From Roseibacillus sp. (GTDB lineage: Bacteria; Verrucomicrobiota; Verrucomicrobiia; Verrucomicrobiales; Akkermansiaceae): 64,000 bases of DNA. This document shows, piece by piece, positions 9,239 to 18,852 of this stretch (its first letter is position 1; the number at the start of each line of letters is the position of its first letter). The position numbers and the translations under genes are program-made. A model generated the notes under the pieces. That model ran no database searches. It was not told the DNA's origin and was given only the letters and a program-made list of their open reading frames with translations. The stretch lies in NCBI GenBank assembly GCA_046581525.1, contig JAYGGC010000278.1, positions 7,740 through 71,739 of the forward strand, given 5' to 3'.

Positions 9239-10351
9239 ATGAAAGCAGTAGTCGTCACCCCAAGTCAGAGAGAAGTCGGCATCCTTGAACATCCCGCTCC
9301 CAGTCTGGAGGTGGATGACCAAGTGAAGATCCGTACTATTGATGTGGGCATTTGCGGCACTGACCGCGAGATCTGCACCTTTGTCTATGGCATTCCGCCC
9401 TCGGGGTCCGACTATCTCGTGCTCGGGCATGAGTCCCTTGGCGAGGTGGTGGAAGTCGGCACCAACGTCGAATCCCTCAAAGTGGGTGACCTCGTGGTCC
9501 CCTCCGTCCGTCGTCCCTGCACCGACGAAAGCTGCGTGCCCTGCCGCAACGATCGCCAGGATTTTTGCTCCACCGGAAACTATGTGGAGCGCGGCATCAA
9601 GGAGTACCATGGCTTCCTGACGGAGTCGTTTGTCGAGCGCGAGCGCTTCCTCACTTACGTGCCGCCGGAGCTGAAGGACGTCGCAGTCCTCATGGAGCCC
9701 CTCACCATCGCGGAGAAGGGACTCTCGCAGGCCTGGGCGGTGCAAACCCGCCTCCCCTGGGTGCTCCACCAGGAAGAGGGCAAGCCAACCGGCAAAGGCC
9801 TCAACGCCCTCATCCTCGGGGCTGGTCCGATTGGAATCCTCGGCGCCATGAAACTGAAGGCGACCGGGTTCAACACCTTCGTCTACTCACGCTCGAAAGC
9901 TCCCAATCCCAAGGCCGATATCTTGGAGTCGATTGGCGTGAATTACATTTCGTCACTCGAAGTGCCGGTGCAGGAACTTCCCAACATCGTGGGCTCGATC
10001 GACCTCGTCTACGAGGGCATCGGGGTTTCCGGTGTTGCCTTCAATGTGCTGAGCGTGCTCGGTTTGAATGGGGTCTACATCTACACGGGCATCCCCGCTC
10101 CCGGAGATCCGATCCCGATCGATGCCGACAACCTGATGCGAAACATCGTGCTGCAGAACCAGGCCATCGTGGGCACCGTCAATGCGGATGAGGCCTCCTT
10201 CGATGCGGCCATCGAGGACTTGGCCTACTTCAAAAAGCACTGGCCCGACGCCATCAAGGCGGTCATCACCAAGCGCTACCCCATGGACTCCAGCCGCGAG
10301 CTTCTCCTCGACAAGGCCACGGGGATCAAGAACGTGATTTCGTTCGATTAG
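9239..10351 (+). CDS. Zinc-dependent medium-chain dehydrogenase, glucose 1-dehydrogenase-like
   Basis: An in-frame ATG at 9239 gives MKAVVVTPSQ...DVGICGTDREI...LGHESLGEVVEVG...ILGAGPIGILG. The upstream part of the ORF is low-complexity P/R-rich and unlikely to be coding. Confidence 0.8.
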   Translation: MKAVVVTPSQREVGILEHPAPSLEVDDQVKIRTIDVGICGTDREICTFVYGIPPSGSDYLVLGHESLGEVVEVGTNVESLKVGDLVVPSVRRPCTDESCVPCRNDRQDFCSTGNYVERGIKEYHGFLTESFVERERFLTYVPPELKDVAVLMEPLTIAEKGLSQAWAVQTRLPWVLHQEEGKPTGKGLNALILGAGPIGILGAMKLKATGFNTFVYSRSKAPNPKADILESIGVNYISSLEVPVQELPNIVGSIDLVYEGIGVSGVAFNVLSVLGLNGVYIYTGIPAPGDPIPIDADNLMRNIVLQNQAIVGTVNADEASFDAAIEDLAYFKKHWPDAIKAVITKRYPMDSSRELLLDKATGIKNVISFD

Positions 10352-10396
10352 CGGCGAACGGGCAAGGCTTCCAGGGATCCGGTTTCACGGTGGCTC

Positions 10397-10453
10397 CCGA
10401 CCTCCAATTCCCGACCTCCAATTCTCGACCTTCGTCTCTCGACCTTCGACCTC
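10397..10453. repeat. Four tandem ~14-nt units between convergent genes
   Basis: The units read ccgacctccaattc / ccgacctccaattc / tcgaccttcgtctc / tcgaccttcgacctc. The last unit overlaps the TGA of the reverse gene. Confidence 0.7.
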
Positions 10454-12890
10454 AGTCCTTCAGCGACCGCATGGGCTCTCCCATCGGAGCCTTCTCGATA
10501 TCAGCGATAAGTTTGCCCAGTTCTTCGATGTGCTTCGCGAGCCTCTTCGCTTCGCGATGGGCGCGCAGTTGTTTCTCGACTTCGCGGAGTTGAGGAAGAA
10601 TCGGTTTTGCGGCCCCGCCGTACATTCCCAGGATCTTGATACAACGCGTGATGCGTTCAGCCTTTCCCCACGAGTTGATGTCGATCACTTCGAGGCTAAG
10701 CGACATGCCCTCACGAATCCGATGCTTGGCCAGGAGCTCCAGTCCCTGCATGCGAATGCTGCTCGCAAACATGACTCCGCTTGGTGCAGGTTCGACGATG
10801 GCCTTGTGCACGGCGGGCAGGAGGGGCTTCACTTCTTCATAGCTCAAATGCTGGTAGAGTGATCCCACCGCACCTCGCGCCCGGCTATCGGGATTCCTGA
10901 GAATTCGTTCCACCGCGGGCCGCAGATCGCCCAGCTCCACACCCTTGACAGACTCCGCCAGCAGCCCCTTCATCTTGAGAGAGCCGCCGCGATAAAAGAG
11001 ACAGAAGGCCAAGTAGCGCTGCGTCATTTCACGCGGATCCTCATCGTTGCTGCTGGTCGCCAGCTTGAGCAGATCCGGCACGGCCTCCATGGCCGGCTCG
11101 CCGATGGCGGAGAGGACATGGGAAGCCTGAATGCGGAGCCAGAGGTCGTCGCTCCAGAGCAGCGCCCGGAGAGGATTGACCGCGGAAAATCCTCTCTCTC
11201 CGAGTGAGGCGATGGCCTGGCAAGCGCCGTAGCGCGTATTGAGATCGCCGTCATCGAGGCGATCGATCAAGGTATTCAGAGGCACGTCTTTGCGCTCGGC
11301 GAGGACCTTGGCGGCACGCGAGCGCACGGCTGGCGACCAGGATTTGAGCGCTTGCAGCAATTGGGTGGGCGAAAAATCGCGATAAGGCCGCAGACCCTTT
11401 TCCCAGGAATCGAATGCCCGTCCTGCCGCAATCGTGTTGCCGAGTTCCTGGTCACGCAGAGCCTGCGAGGTTTTCGTGCCCTTCCCGGTCATGAAGAGGC
11501 GGCCTTCCGGCAGGAGGTAGGACAGCAGGAAGGCCCCGGTGCAATCCCAATTCCCGTACTTGTGTTCCGCACCCTCACTGGCGGCGCCACCCTGATAGCG
11601 AAATCGTCCGTCGTGACTTCGGTTCAGGTCGAAGAACCAGCGCTGCTCCTTGAGATAGCGGGCCGCCGCCTCCGCACCTGCGCGCATCGCTCCGGGTCCA
11701 CCCCAGAGATAGCTGAAGTAGTTTCCGGTGTGACCTCGCTCACGCTCACCGTAGGAGGCCACCGTCATTCGCGAGAAAAACCGCGCCCCGGCGGAGTGAT
11801 CCTGCGCGTCAAAGAGCACGGCCGCGATCGAGTTCTTCCCGTTGTCGTCATGCGAATCCCAATCCGGGCGGTGATCGCCATACGGAATCGCGCCCTTGCC
11901 GATGTAGAAACCAAAGAAGGCGTTCCCCCGTTTCACCGATTCGTGCACCACCGGATCATCGACTCCGCACTTCACACCGAGGACCAGCGAGAGCTGACAA
12001 ACGAGGCCGATCTGGTTGAGCGCGCCGTAGCCGCCCAGCCGACCGTGCATTCTGTCGTCGTTCCACTGTGGCCACGCCATGGCATGCCCCCAGGTCCCCA
12101 CACCACTCTGCCCTTGTGCGATCTTCACGGTGAACTCCCGGATGGCGGGCAACACTTCCTGGTCCCCGGTGGCGAGAAAGTATTCGGTGAGCAATAGGTT
12201 GGTGTAGCCCCAGTGCCAGGATGCCATGCTGCTCGTCGGAGCGAGATTCAAATCCAAATCCTTGGGTGCGAGCTCGCGCACGTAGTCGCGAACGAGCTGC
12301 GCGTAGTTGTCGTCACCGGTCGCCAGCAAGGCGAGGGCGTTGATCTTGCCATCGATCCCGCCCTTCAGGTTGGCAGCGATGTGCGCACAGCCGGCGTCCA
12401 CAATTCTGGCCGACTTTTCGCAGTTCCACGGCGAGCCATCGTGATAGCTGCCGAGCGCCGGCAACTTGACGCTCACCGACTCGGTCTTGCCTGATCGCCA
12501 TCGCAACAACACCAGCCTACCGTCGGCGGCGGTGGTCTCGGCCTCGGTGATGGCCTCTCCAAAACTCCTGCGCGCATCGCGGGAGAATGGTTTCCCACCC
12601 ACTCCGAGGATCACATCGTCTCTCTGGAGCACACCGTGCGCCGGTGACCCAGGAGCCACCGAGGTAATCAGGATCTGCCGACTATCCGTAGTCTCCAACT
12701 TCCAGCCCCAGATCCATCCTCGCGCCCCGGTCGGTCCGAGGTTCCAATCGTGCTTCCCATCGGTCTTGGCCCCCTTTGTCAGATTGGGGACAAGGGGCTT
12801 GGACGCTACGGCCAGAGACGCCCCGGCCATAAAGAGGAGGACCGCCAGGCCGCACTGCACCCATGGAGTTTTCAGAGGATCATGCGCCAT
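10452..12890 (-). CDS. Large secreted protein with a PDZ-like segment, an alpha/alpha-toroid-like centre and C-terminal HEAT repeats (DUF6288-like; family name from memory)
   Basis: The ORF extends to 13166, but the ATG at 12890 (MAHDPLKTPWVQCGLAVLLFMAGASLAVA) gives a signal peptide. The PDZ-like segment is ILITSVAPGSPAHGVLQRDDVILGVGGKPF. The HEAT-like tail is DDGDLNTRYGACQAIASLGERG...LRIQASHVLSAIGEPA. Confidence 0.7.
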   Translation of the reverse strand: MAHDPLKTPWVQCGLAVLLFMAGASLAVASKPLVPNLTKGAKTDGKHDWNLGPTGARGWIWGWKLETTDSRQILITSVAPGSPAHGVLQRDDVILGVGGKPFSRDARRSFGEAITEAETTAADGRLVLLRWRSGKTESVSVKLPALGSYHDGSPWNCEKSARIVDAGCAHIAANLKGGIDGKINALALLATGDDNYAQLVRDYVRELAPKDLDLNLAPTSSMASWHWGYTNLLLTEYFLATGDQEVLPAIREFTVKIAQGQSGVGTWGHAMAWPQWNDDRMHGRLGGYGALNQIGLVCQLSLVLGVKCGVDDPVVHESVKRGNAFFGFYIGKGAIPYGDHRPDWDSHDDNGKNSIAAVLFDAQDHSAGARFFSRMTVASYGERERGHTGNYFSYLWGGPGAMRAGAEAAARYLKEQRWFFDLNRSHDGRFRYQGGAASEGAEHKYGNWDCTGAFLLSYLLPEGRLFMTGKGTKTSQALRDQELGNTIAAGRAFDSWEKGLRPYRDFSPTQLLQALKSWSPAVRSRAAKVLAERKDVPLNTLIDRLDDGDLNTRYGACQAIASLGERGFSAVNPLRALLWSDDLWLRIQASHVLSAIGEPAMEAVPDLLKLATSSNDEDPREMTQRYLAFCLFYRGGSLKMKGLLAESVKGVELGDLRPAVERILRNPDSRARGAVGSLYQHLSYEEVKPLLPAVHKAIVEPAPSGVMFASSIRMQGLELLAKHRIREGMSLSLEVIDINSWGKAERITRCIKILGMYGGAAKPILPQLREVEKQLRAHREAKRLAKHIEELGKLIADIEKAPMGEPMRSLKD

Positions 12891-12901
12891 TCGCCCTTCA
12901 T

Positions 12902-12923
12902 ACGTTCGGATTACTACGAACGT
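12902..12923. promoter_or_regulatory. Perfect 7-8-7 inverted repeat 12 nt upstream of the 12890 start codon
   Basis: ACGTTCG (12902-12908) pairs with CGAACGT (12917-12923). It lies in the gap shared with the divergent sensor kinase/LuxR operon. Confidence 0.25.
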
Positions 12924-13209
12924 CGCAAGGAATTGCTGCAAAATCAGCTCCCATCGAAGGGCTGGAAACAAATTGGCTGCGGGCCCCAGGGCACAATCAC
13001 CTCCGTTGTTGGCATTGAGGCCCGCAGGGACCGGTCTCAGAGCTCCGCTGGCGCCCGCCGGGGTTTTACCAGGGGTCCCCACCACCCTTCGCTGGACGAC
13101 TCCATGAAATCTCTGCACGGTAGACGTCACACGAACGGAGGAGCGAGGGCCAGCGCGGAGTCTCATGATGACTGATTCCCATTACGCCCTCTCGTAAACT
13201 GCACAGAAG

Positions 13210-15225
13210 ATGGAGAAACCCGTCCGGATCACCCTGATCATGCTCGTCGCTACAGGCATGGGATCCCTGTGGGCGGAGGACGGGAAGCAATCCTCGTTCG
13301 CGGATCGCATCGCCCGGCTGGTCGACGCCGGCGTGCGCAAGGCCGACCGGCGCCTCGCAGAGATCGAAAAGAGACTGGAATCCCTGCCCGAATTGTATCA
13401 TGGGGCGCGCGGTTCGCGATTCGGTTTCCACAGCGAGACCATTGAGGATCAATCCGAGCCCCACTGGGTCCAGATCGACCTCCGCGAATCGTGGCCCATT
13501 GATTCCATCGTTCTCGTACCCGTCCACATGCCGAGCTTCGCAAATTTAGAAGAAGGGAATGGCTTTCCGCTCCGATTCAAAATCGAAGTCTCCGAAACAA
13601 AGAACAAACCGGACTACCAGGTGGTCGTCGATCACACCGCCAGCGACTTCGAAAATCCCGGGCGTTACCCGGTTCTGTTCCCCACTCCGGGCGTCCAGGG
13701 CCGCTATGTGCGCATCACCTCCACCAAGCATGTTGCTTCCGGCGATGGCTTCATTTGGGCAATGGAAGAAATGATGATTCTCTCCGGCAACTACAACATC
13801 GCGGCAGCCAGGCCCCGGGAGGCCAGCAGTCATGAGGAACTCTTTCCAAACTGGTCCATTCTCCGCGTCAATGATGGCATCAGCCGGCTCGGCTATCCGT
13901 GGGATCCCGCGCCCAGTCCAACCAATGGATACCTGAGTGCCCCTTCCAAATCATCGACTGAAGGGAAGTGGCTGATCATCGACTTCGAGGAGGAGATTCC
14001 CATCGACGAGGTTCGCGTCATTCCGAGTACTTCAGAGGACTCGGAAGTTGTGGGCGGACGGGGTTATCCCACGAAGATTTCGCTGGAACTATCCAACGAT
14101 CCCGAATTCGGAACGACGGTCTGGCGTGCTGCGAGCTCGAAAAAGCCGCTTGGATTCCCATGGAAGTCGGCCTTTGTCCGGCCCTGCGAGGGAACCTCCG
14201 CTCGCTACCTTCGAGTGCATGCGTCCGAGCTCTTCGCACGCGGAAACCAACACAGCTTTGCGCTCGCCGAGGTACAGGCCTACTCCAGGGGGAAGAACGT
14301 CGCCCTCGGAAAGCCCGTTCGGGTCAGTGACCAAACCAAACGCCCCTCCGCCAAGCGCTGGGCTCCGGAGTTTGCAGTCGATGGCTACTCCAGCACCAAT
14401 CGACTCGTGGAGTTGCCCACCTTCCTCGAGCGCATCGTGGAGCGCGGGATCCTCGAAAATGAACGGCAATCCTTGCTGCTGATGCGCGAAGACAAGATCG
14501 AGTTTGCCTCCGCCGCGATGACGTCCGGGGTGGGCACCCTGGGTGGGGTGGCGGTGTTTGGCTGGCTCTGGATGATCGTGCGCCAGCGCGGGGTGCGGCG
14601 TCGCGATTCAGAGCGCCTGCGCGAACAAATCGCCCGCGATCTTCACGACGACATTGGAAGCAATCTCGCGGGAATCGTTCTCATCAGCGAAGTCGGCACC
14701 AAGAGCTCCGAGGCAAGCCCGGAGATCCGGAAGGATTTTCACGAGATCAAGGAGACGGCGGAGCAGACTTCGGAAGCAATGAGGGACATTGTGTGGCTCA
14801 TCCACGTCGACAAGGCCGGCGCGCGGGACATGTTGATCAAGATGAGGGGGTCCGTGGAACTAATCGTGGGGGACCTCAACACCACCATTGAATCCAAACC
14901 GGCCGACTTCAAGAATCGTCCCCTCGGACTGCCCCTGCGAAGGAACTTTTTTTTCGCCTTCAAGGAATCCCTGCACAATGTGCGAAAACATGCTCAGGCG
15001 ACCACCGTTGCGATCCGCTTTACCGTGACCCACAGTGAGTTGAGCTTCGAGGTTGCCGACAACGGGGTGGGCTTTGATGTCAACAGCGGCAAGGAATCCG
15101 GCTACGGACTGGAAAATCTTCGGCGCCGCGCAGAACAAGTGAATGGTCGCTGCAAAATCGACAGTATTCCAGAACAGGGGACCACCATTTCCTTCTCCGC
15201 ACCGCTCAACCGCAAGAACTCATGA
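13210..15225 (+). CDS. Sensor histidine kinase (HisKA_3 type) with extracytoplasmic F5/8 type C (discoidin)-like modules
   Basis: It has a signal/TM segment. Discoidin-like blocks include HWVQIDLRESWPIDSIVLVP...GRYVRITS and GKWLIIDFEEEIPIDEVRVIP...ARYLRVHA. A TM segment (GGVAVFGWLWMIV) follows. The kinase core shows RIARDLHDDIGSNLAGI and VADNGVGFD...GYGLENLRRRAE. Confidence 0.85.
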   Translation: MEKPVRITLIMLVATGMGSLWAEDGKQSSFADRIARLVDAGVRKADRRLAEIEKRLESLPELYHGARGSRFGFHSETIEDQSEPHWVQIDLRESWPIDSIVLVPVHMPSFANLEEGNGFPLRFKIEVSETKNKPDYQVVVDHTASDFENPGRYPVLFPTPGVQGRYVRITSTKHVASGDGFIWAMEEMMILSGNYNIAAARPREASSHEELFPNWSILRVNDGISRLGYPWDPAPSPTNGYLSAPSKSSTEGKWLIIDFEEEIPIDEVRVIPSTSEDSEVVGGRGYPTKISLELSNDPEFGTTVWRAASSKKPLGFPWKSAFVRPCEGTSARYLRVHASELFARGNQHSFALAEVQAYSRGKNVALGKPVRVSDQTKRPSAKRWAPEFAVDGYSSTNRLVELPTFLERIVERGILENERQSLLLMREDKIEFASAAMTSGVGTLGGVAVFGWLWMIVRQRGVRRRDSERLREQIARDLHDDIGSNLAGIVLISEVGTKSSEASPEIRKDFHEIKETAEQTSEAMRDIVWLIHVDKAGARDMLIKMRGSVELIVGDLNTTIESKPADFKNRPLGLPLRRNFFFAFKESLHNVRKHAQATTVAIRFTVTHSELSFEVADNGVGFDVNSGKESGYGLENLRRRAEQVNGRCKIDSIPEQGTTISFSAPLNRKNS

Positions 15226-15884
15226 CCCAATCCAATACAGAACAGATCCGAGTTTGGCTGGTGGAGGACAACGAAGTGTTTCGTCGCAGCGTCCAACGGG
15301 TCATCACCAACTTGGATGGCATGTCCTGCGACGGCAGTTTTGAATCCGCCGAGGCCGCCTTCAGGGCCCTGCAAAACCAGGCCGCTCCCGATGTCATCCT
15401 TCTCGATGTGCAATTGCCCGGCGTGGACGGCCTCTCAGCCCAGAGCAAGTTCAAGGAGTGCATTCCCGACACCCGCGTCATCATTCTCACCGTCTTCGAC
15501 GACGCTGATAAGATTTTCCGTGCGGTCTGTGCCGGAGCTTCGGGCTACGTGCTGAAAGCATCCGGAATGGACAATATCGGCGAGTCCATCCGGCAAGTGA
15601 TGGGCGGCGGCGCCCCGATGACCCCCGAGGTCGCCAAGAAAGTCCTCGATGCCTTCGCAAACTCAGAGCTGCTGACAGGCACCAAGGGCGACTACGGTCT
15701 AACCGCCCGCGAACAGGAGATCCTGCGACTCCTTGCAGACGGCCTACTCAAGAAGGAGATCGCAGATACCCTCAGCATCAGTGTGAACACGGTCTCCACT
15801 CACCTGCGCCGCGTTTACGACAAGCTCCACGTGAACACCAACACTGGTGCGGTGGCCAAGGCGCTGCGTGAAGGGATTATCTAG
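15222..15884 (+). CDS. NarL/FixJ-family response regulator (REC + LuxR HTH)
   Basis: An ATGA overlap joins it to the kinase. The REC domain shows VWLVEDNEVFR...DVILLDVQLPGVDG, and the HTH shows LTAREQEILRLLADGLLKKEIADTLSISVNTVSTHLRRVYDKL. Confidence 0.9.
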   Translation: MTQSNTEQIRVWLVEDNEVFRRSVQRVITNLDGMSCDGSFESAEAAFRALQNQAAPDVILLDVQLPGVDGLSAQSKFKECIPDTRVIILTVFDDADKIFRAVCAGASGYVLKASGMDNIGESIRQVMGGGAPMTPEVAKKVLDAFANSELLTGTKGDYGLTAREQEILRLLADGLLKKEIADTLSISVNTVSTHLRRVYDKLHVNTNTGAVAKALREGII

Positions 15885-16317
15885 ACCGCTTGCCGGCAAT
15901 CGGTCTAACCGGGATCGGCAAGGCGCTTGGACCGGGGAGGTTGAAGCACCGCGCAATTCATGAGGAAACCCATAACCCCAAAAAAGAATCGCGCAGTACT
16001 CCCCCCAATGAGCAGGTGGCTCTCACGGGAGAACCAGCAGCTACGGGAGGAAACGACAGGAATTCATTTTCGCAATTAACTTTCCCATCGATGCGGTCAC
16101 ACGAAGCGAGCACCCTCTTGGGGTGATCCCATCAAACGATCAAGATCAGCTACTTGGATCCGGATCCAGCACTCTCCTTCTCGCGGTCACGCCTCAACTC
16201 CTGTGCATAATCCATCAGTTGCCTTGCGGAATTTGCAGTGTGTTGGGAGAGTTTGAACTCTTGGAGTTCGGGAAGACATTTGAGAGCCGCCTTACAGGCG
16301 CCTGCGTCCACATTCCG

Positions 16318-16740
16318 TCAGTCGCCCGAGTAATAAAGCTGAAGGGTGCGCAGGGTCTGCACCTTGCCAATATCGCGGAGAAACCCGGGCTTGCGACGGG
16401 TCGAGTCGTCAAAGATGCGCAGGACCTCGAGACGCTTGAATCCCTGGAGCGCTCCCAGCGAGTTTTCCGGCCACTTGGTCGCGCCGTAAATCTTGAGTTC
16501 GCGCAGGTTCGGCTTGGCTGCGAGGGCCTTGAGAATCTCGCCGGCCATCTCCGGGTGGTGGCTACCGTCCACAATCGCGACCTTGGCATCCGCGGGAAGG
16601 GCGGCCGCCTCTTTGGCATTCTGGATCGAGCCCTCCGCTGGCACCCCCATCGGGTGCGGTTCGTGGGGATGGGCCCCCGCGAAGGGGACTGGTCCCAGGG
16701 TCAGCCCCAGGATCGCCAGCGAAAGAGAGCGGGCTTTCAT
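16318..16740 (-). CDS. Small secreted leucine-rich-repeat-like protein; the reading frame continues past an in-frame TGA to 16153
   Basis: It has a signal peptide (MKARSLSLAILGLTLGPVPFAGA) and an LRR-like periodicity (NLRELKIYG...FKRLEVLRIFD...VQTLRTLQLYY). After the TGA at 16318-16320 the same frame reads RNVDAGACKAALKCLPELQEFKLSQ... for 55 codons, up to a TAG at 16150-16152. Confidence 0.6.
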   Translation of the reverse strand: MKARSLSLAILGLTLGPVPFAGAHPHEPHPMGVPAEGSIQNAKEAAALPADAKVAIVDGSHHPEMAGEILKALAAKPNLRELKIYGATKWPENSLGALQGFKRLEVLRIFDDSTRRKPGFLRDIGKVQTLRTLQLYYSGD

Positions 16741-16857
16741 CTGGGTGGGAGACCCGCGGGTCGGACCTATTCCCGGTAATCAAGAATTCCCTTCCCCGAA
16801 GTCCCTCCGCCGCCAAGGATCTGGAACTCAACCGAGGCTCCGTTCTCACCTCAACTC

Positions 16858-18249
16858 ATGAAAACACCTGCTCCGCTCTTCCTTCTCAGCCTGCTCGCCA
16901 GCGCCGCGTTCGCCGCCCCGCCGAACTTCATCGTCATCTTCTGTGACGACCTCGGCTACGGCGACCTCGCCTGTTACGGATCGAACAAGAATCGCACTCC
17001 TCACATCGATAGCCTTGCCCGGGACGGTCGCAAGTTCAGCGACTTTTACTCCTCCAGCCCGGTCTGCACTCCTTCCCGTTCCAGCCTGATGACCGGCTGC
17101 TACCCGCGCCGCGTGGGCATGCACGAGGACTACACCGGACACTGGGTGCTCATCCCGCGCAGCCGCCGTGGCCTGAATCCAAGGGAAGTCACCATCGCGG
17201 AGGCACTCAAGGCCCGGGGTTACGCCACCGGTTGCATCGGCAAGTGGCACCTCGGCGATCAGCCCCCGCACCTCCCCACCCAGCACGGCTTCGACTCCTA
17301 CTACGGCATCCCCTACTCCAATGACATGCAGAGCAAGGGCCGCGGAGACCCGCCGCTTCCCCTCGTGGTCAACGACAAGGTGATCGAGGCGCCCGCCGAC
17401 CAGTCCACCCTCACCAGGCGCTACACCGAGCAGGCCGTGAAGTTCATCGAAGCAAACAAGGAGAAGCCTTTCTTCCTCTATCTCCCCCACACCTTCCCAC
17501 ACCTCCCTCTCTTCGCCTCGCCCGATTTTCACGGGAAGAGCGCCAATGGCCGCTACGGCGACAGCGTCGAGGAAATCGATTGGTCCACCGGCGAGATCCT
17601 GAAGTGCCTCGACCGACTCAAGCTCGCCGCGAGCACCCTCGTGATCTTCACCTCCGACAACGGATCAAACGGACGCAACGGGGGATCCAACAAACCGCTT
17701 TCCGGAGCGAAAGGCAGCACCATGGAAGGCGGCATGCGCGTTCCTCTCCTTGCCCGCTGGCCTGGCAAGATTCCCGCGGGCTCCACCTGTTCCGCGCTGA
17801 GCACGACCATGGATTTGCTCCCCACCTTCTGCGCCCTCTCCGATGCCCCGCTCCCGAAGAACAAGATCGACGGCCACGACATCCGCGATCTCTTCTTCTC
17901 CAGGGAGGCAACAAAGTCCCCCTACGAGGTCTTCTATTATTATCGCCGCCGCCAACTTCAGGCTGTGCGCTGGGGCGACTGGAAACTCCATCTCGACCTG
18001 AAGGAGACGCATCCAAACTGGACTTCGGCGAAACAGAAAGGCAGAGGCCGCCCCGGCAAGCTGGTGAACCTGAAGAGCGACCTCGCGGAGAAGAAGGATC
18101 TCTCGGAAGGGAATCCGGATGTGATGGCAAAGATGGTAACGCTGGTCGCCCAGGCAGTCGCGACCCTGGGCAATGACGCGCAACCGGGAAGTGAGCAACG
18201 CGAGGCACACACCCTTGGATCCTCCGGGCCGCTGGTCATGGAAAAGTAA
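16858..18249 (+). CDS. Arylsulfatase (formylglycine-dependent sulfatase family)
   Basis: Evidence is a signal peptide, NFIVIFCDDLGYGD, and the CTPSRSSLMTG (CxPxR) motif. Confidence 0.9.
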   Translation: MKTPAPLFLLSLLASAAFAAPPNFIVIFCDDLGYGDLACYGSNKNRTPHIDSLARDGRKFSDFYSSSPVCTPSRSSLMTGCYPRRVGMHEDYTGHWVLIPRSRRGLNPREVTIAEALKARGYATGCIGKWHLGDQPPHLPTQHGFDSYYGIPYSNDMQSKGRGDPPLPLVVNDKVIEAPADQSTLTRRYTEQAVKFIEANKEKPFFLYLPHTFPHLPLFASPDFHGKSANGRYGDSVEEIDWSTGEILKCLDRLKLAASTLVIFTSDNGSNGRNGGSNKPLSGAKGSTMEGGMRVPLLARWPGKIPAGSTCSALSTTMDLLPTFCALSDAPLPKNKIDGHDIRDLFFSREATKSPYEVFYYYRRRQLQAVRWGDWKLHLDLKETHPNWTSAKQKGRGRPGKLVNLKSDLAEKKDLSEGNPDVMAKMVTLVAQAVATLGNDAQPGSEQREAHTLGSSGPLVMEK

Positions 18250-18311
18250 CGCCACCGGAAGGCTTGAGGAAACTCCTTGCACGCTCAAGCGCCCCTCCTA
18301 GGCTGGCGCGC

Positions 18312-18848
18312 ATGATTCAACGGACCGCCCTCGCCCTCGCCGCCTCCCTCACTCTCACCCTGGCGCCCGCTTTTTCCCAGGACGATACCAAGACCTTCTC
18401 CAAGGCGGTGGTCGACATTGGAATGGTGGTGAAGGACATCGAGGTGTCCGCCAGGTTCTACACCGAGGTCCTCGGCCTGAAGGAAGTGAAGGGCTTCAGT
18501 GTGTCCGCCGAGAAGACCACCGCTTTTGGCCTCGCTGACAACCAGCCTGCCACCATTCGCGTCTTCGTCCTCGACGACACCAAGGGAGAACCCCGCACCT
18601 CCCTCAAGATCATGTCCTTTCCCGATGCTCCGGGTGCGCAGCAGGATCAGAAATACATTCACTCCACCCTCGGGGTCTCCTACCTCACCCTCTTCGTCAC
18701 CGACATGGACGCCGCCGTGGCACGACTCAAGAAGGCCAACGTCAGGCTCCTGGGCAAGACCCCGGCCGCCCTCGGGGGCAAGACCAAGATCACCGTGGTG
18801 CACGACCCGGACGGCAATTTCATCGAATTGATCGGCCCCTCCAAGTAA
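18312..18848 (+). CDS. Secreted VOC/glyoxalase-family protein
   Basis: The ATG at 18312 gives a signal peptide (MIQRTALALAASLTLTLAPAFSQ). The VOC-like pattern includes DIGMVVKDIEVSARFYTEVLGL and VVHDPDGNFIELI. Confidence 0.75.
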   Translation: MIQRTALALAASLTLTLAPAFSQDDTKTFSKAVVDIGMVVKDIEVSARFYTEVLGLKEVKGFSVSAEKTTAFGLADNQPATIRVFVLDDTKGEPRTSLKIMSFPDAPGAQQDQKYIHSTLGVSYLTLFVTDMDAAVARLKKANVRLLGKTPAALGGKTKITVVHDPDGNFIELIGPSK

Positions 18849-18852
18849 GCGC

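Noticed and set aside
10397-10453. The tandem short repeats at 10397-10453 and 26211-26300 could be CRISPR arrays.
   Set aside because: The units are 14 nt and 37 nt with no unique spacers between them. There are only 2-4 copies, and no cas genes or leader.
16318-16320. The in-frame TGA of the LRR-like gene could encode selenocysteine.
   Set aside because: There is no Cys/Sec redox motif and no convincing SECIS-type apical loop. The window has no sel genes, and other genes here use TGA as a genuine stop. A nonsense mutation or base error is more parsimonious. It is kept only as a readthrough question in the findings.
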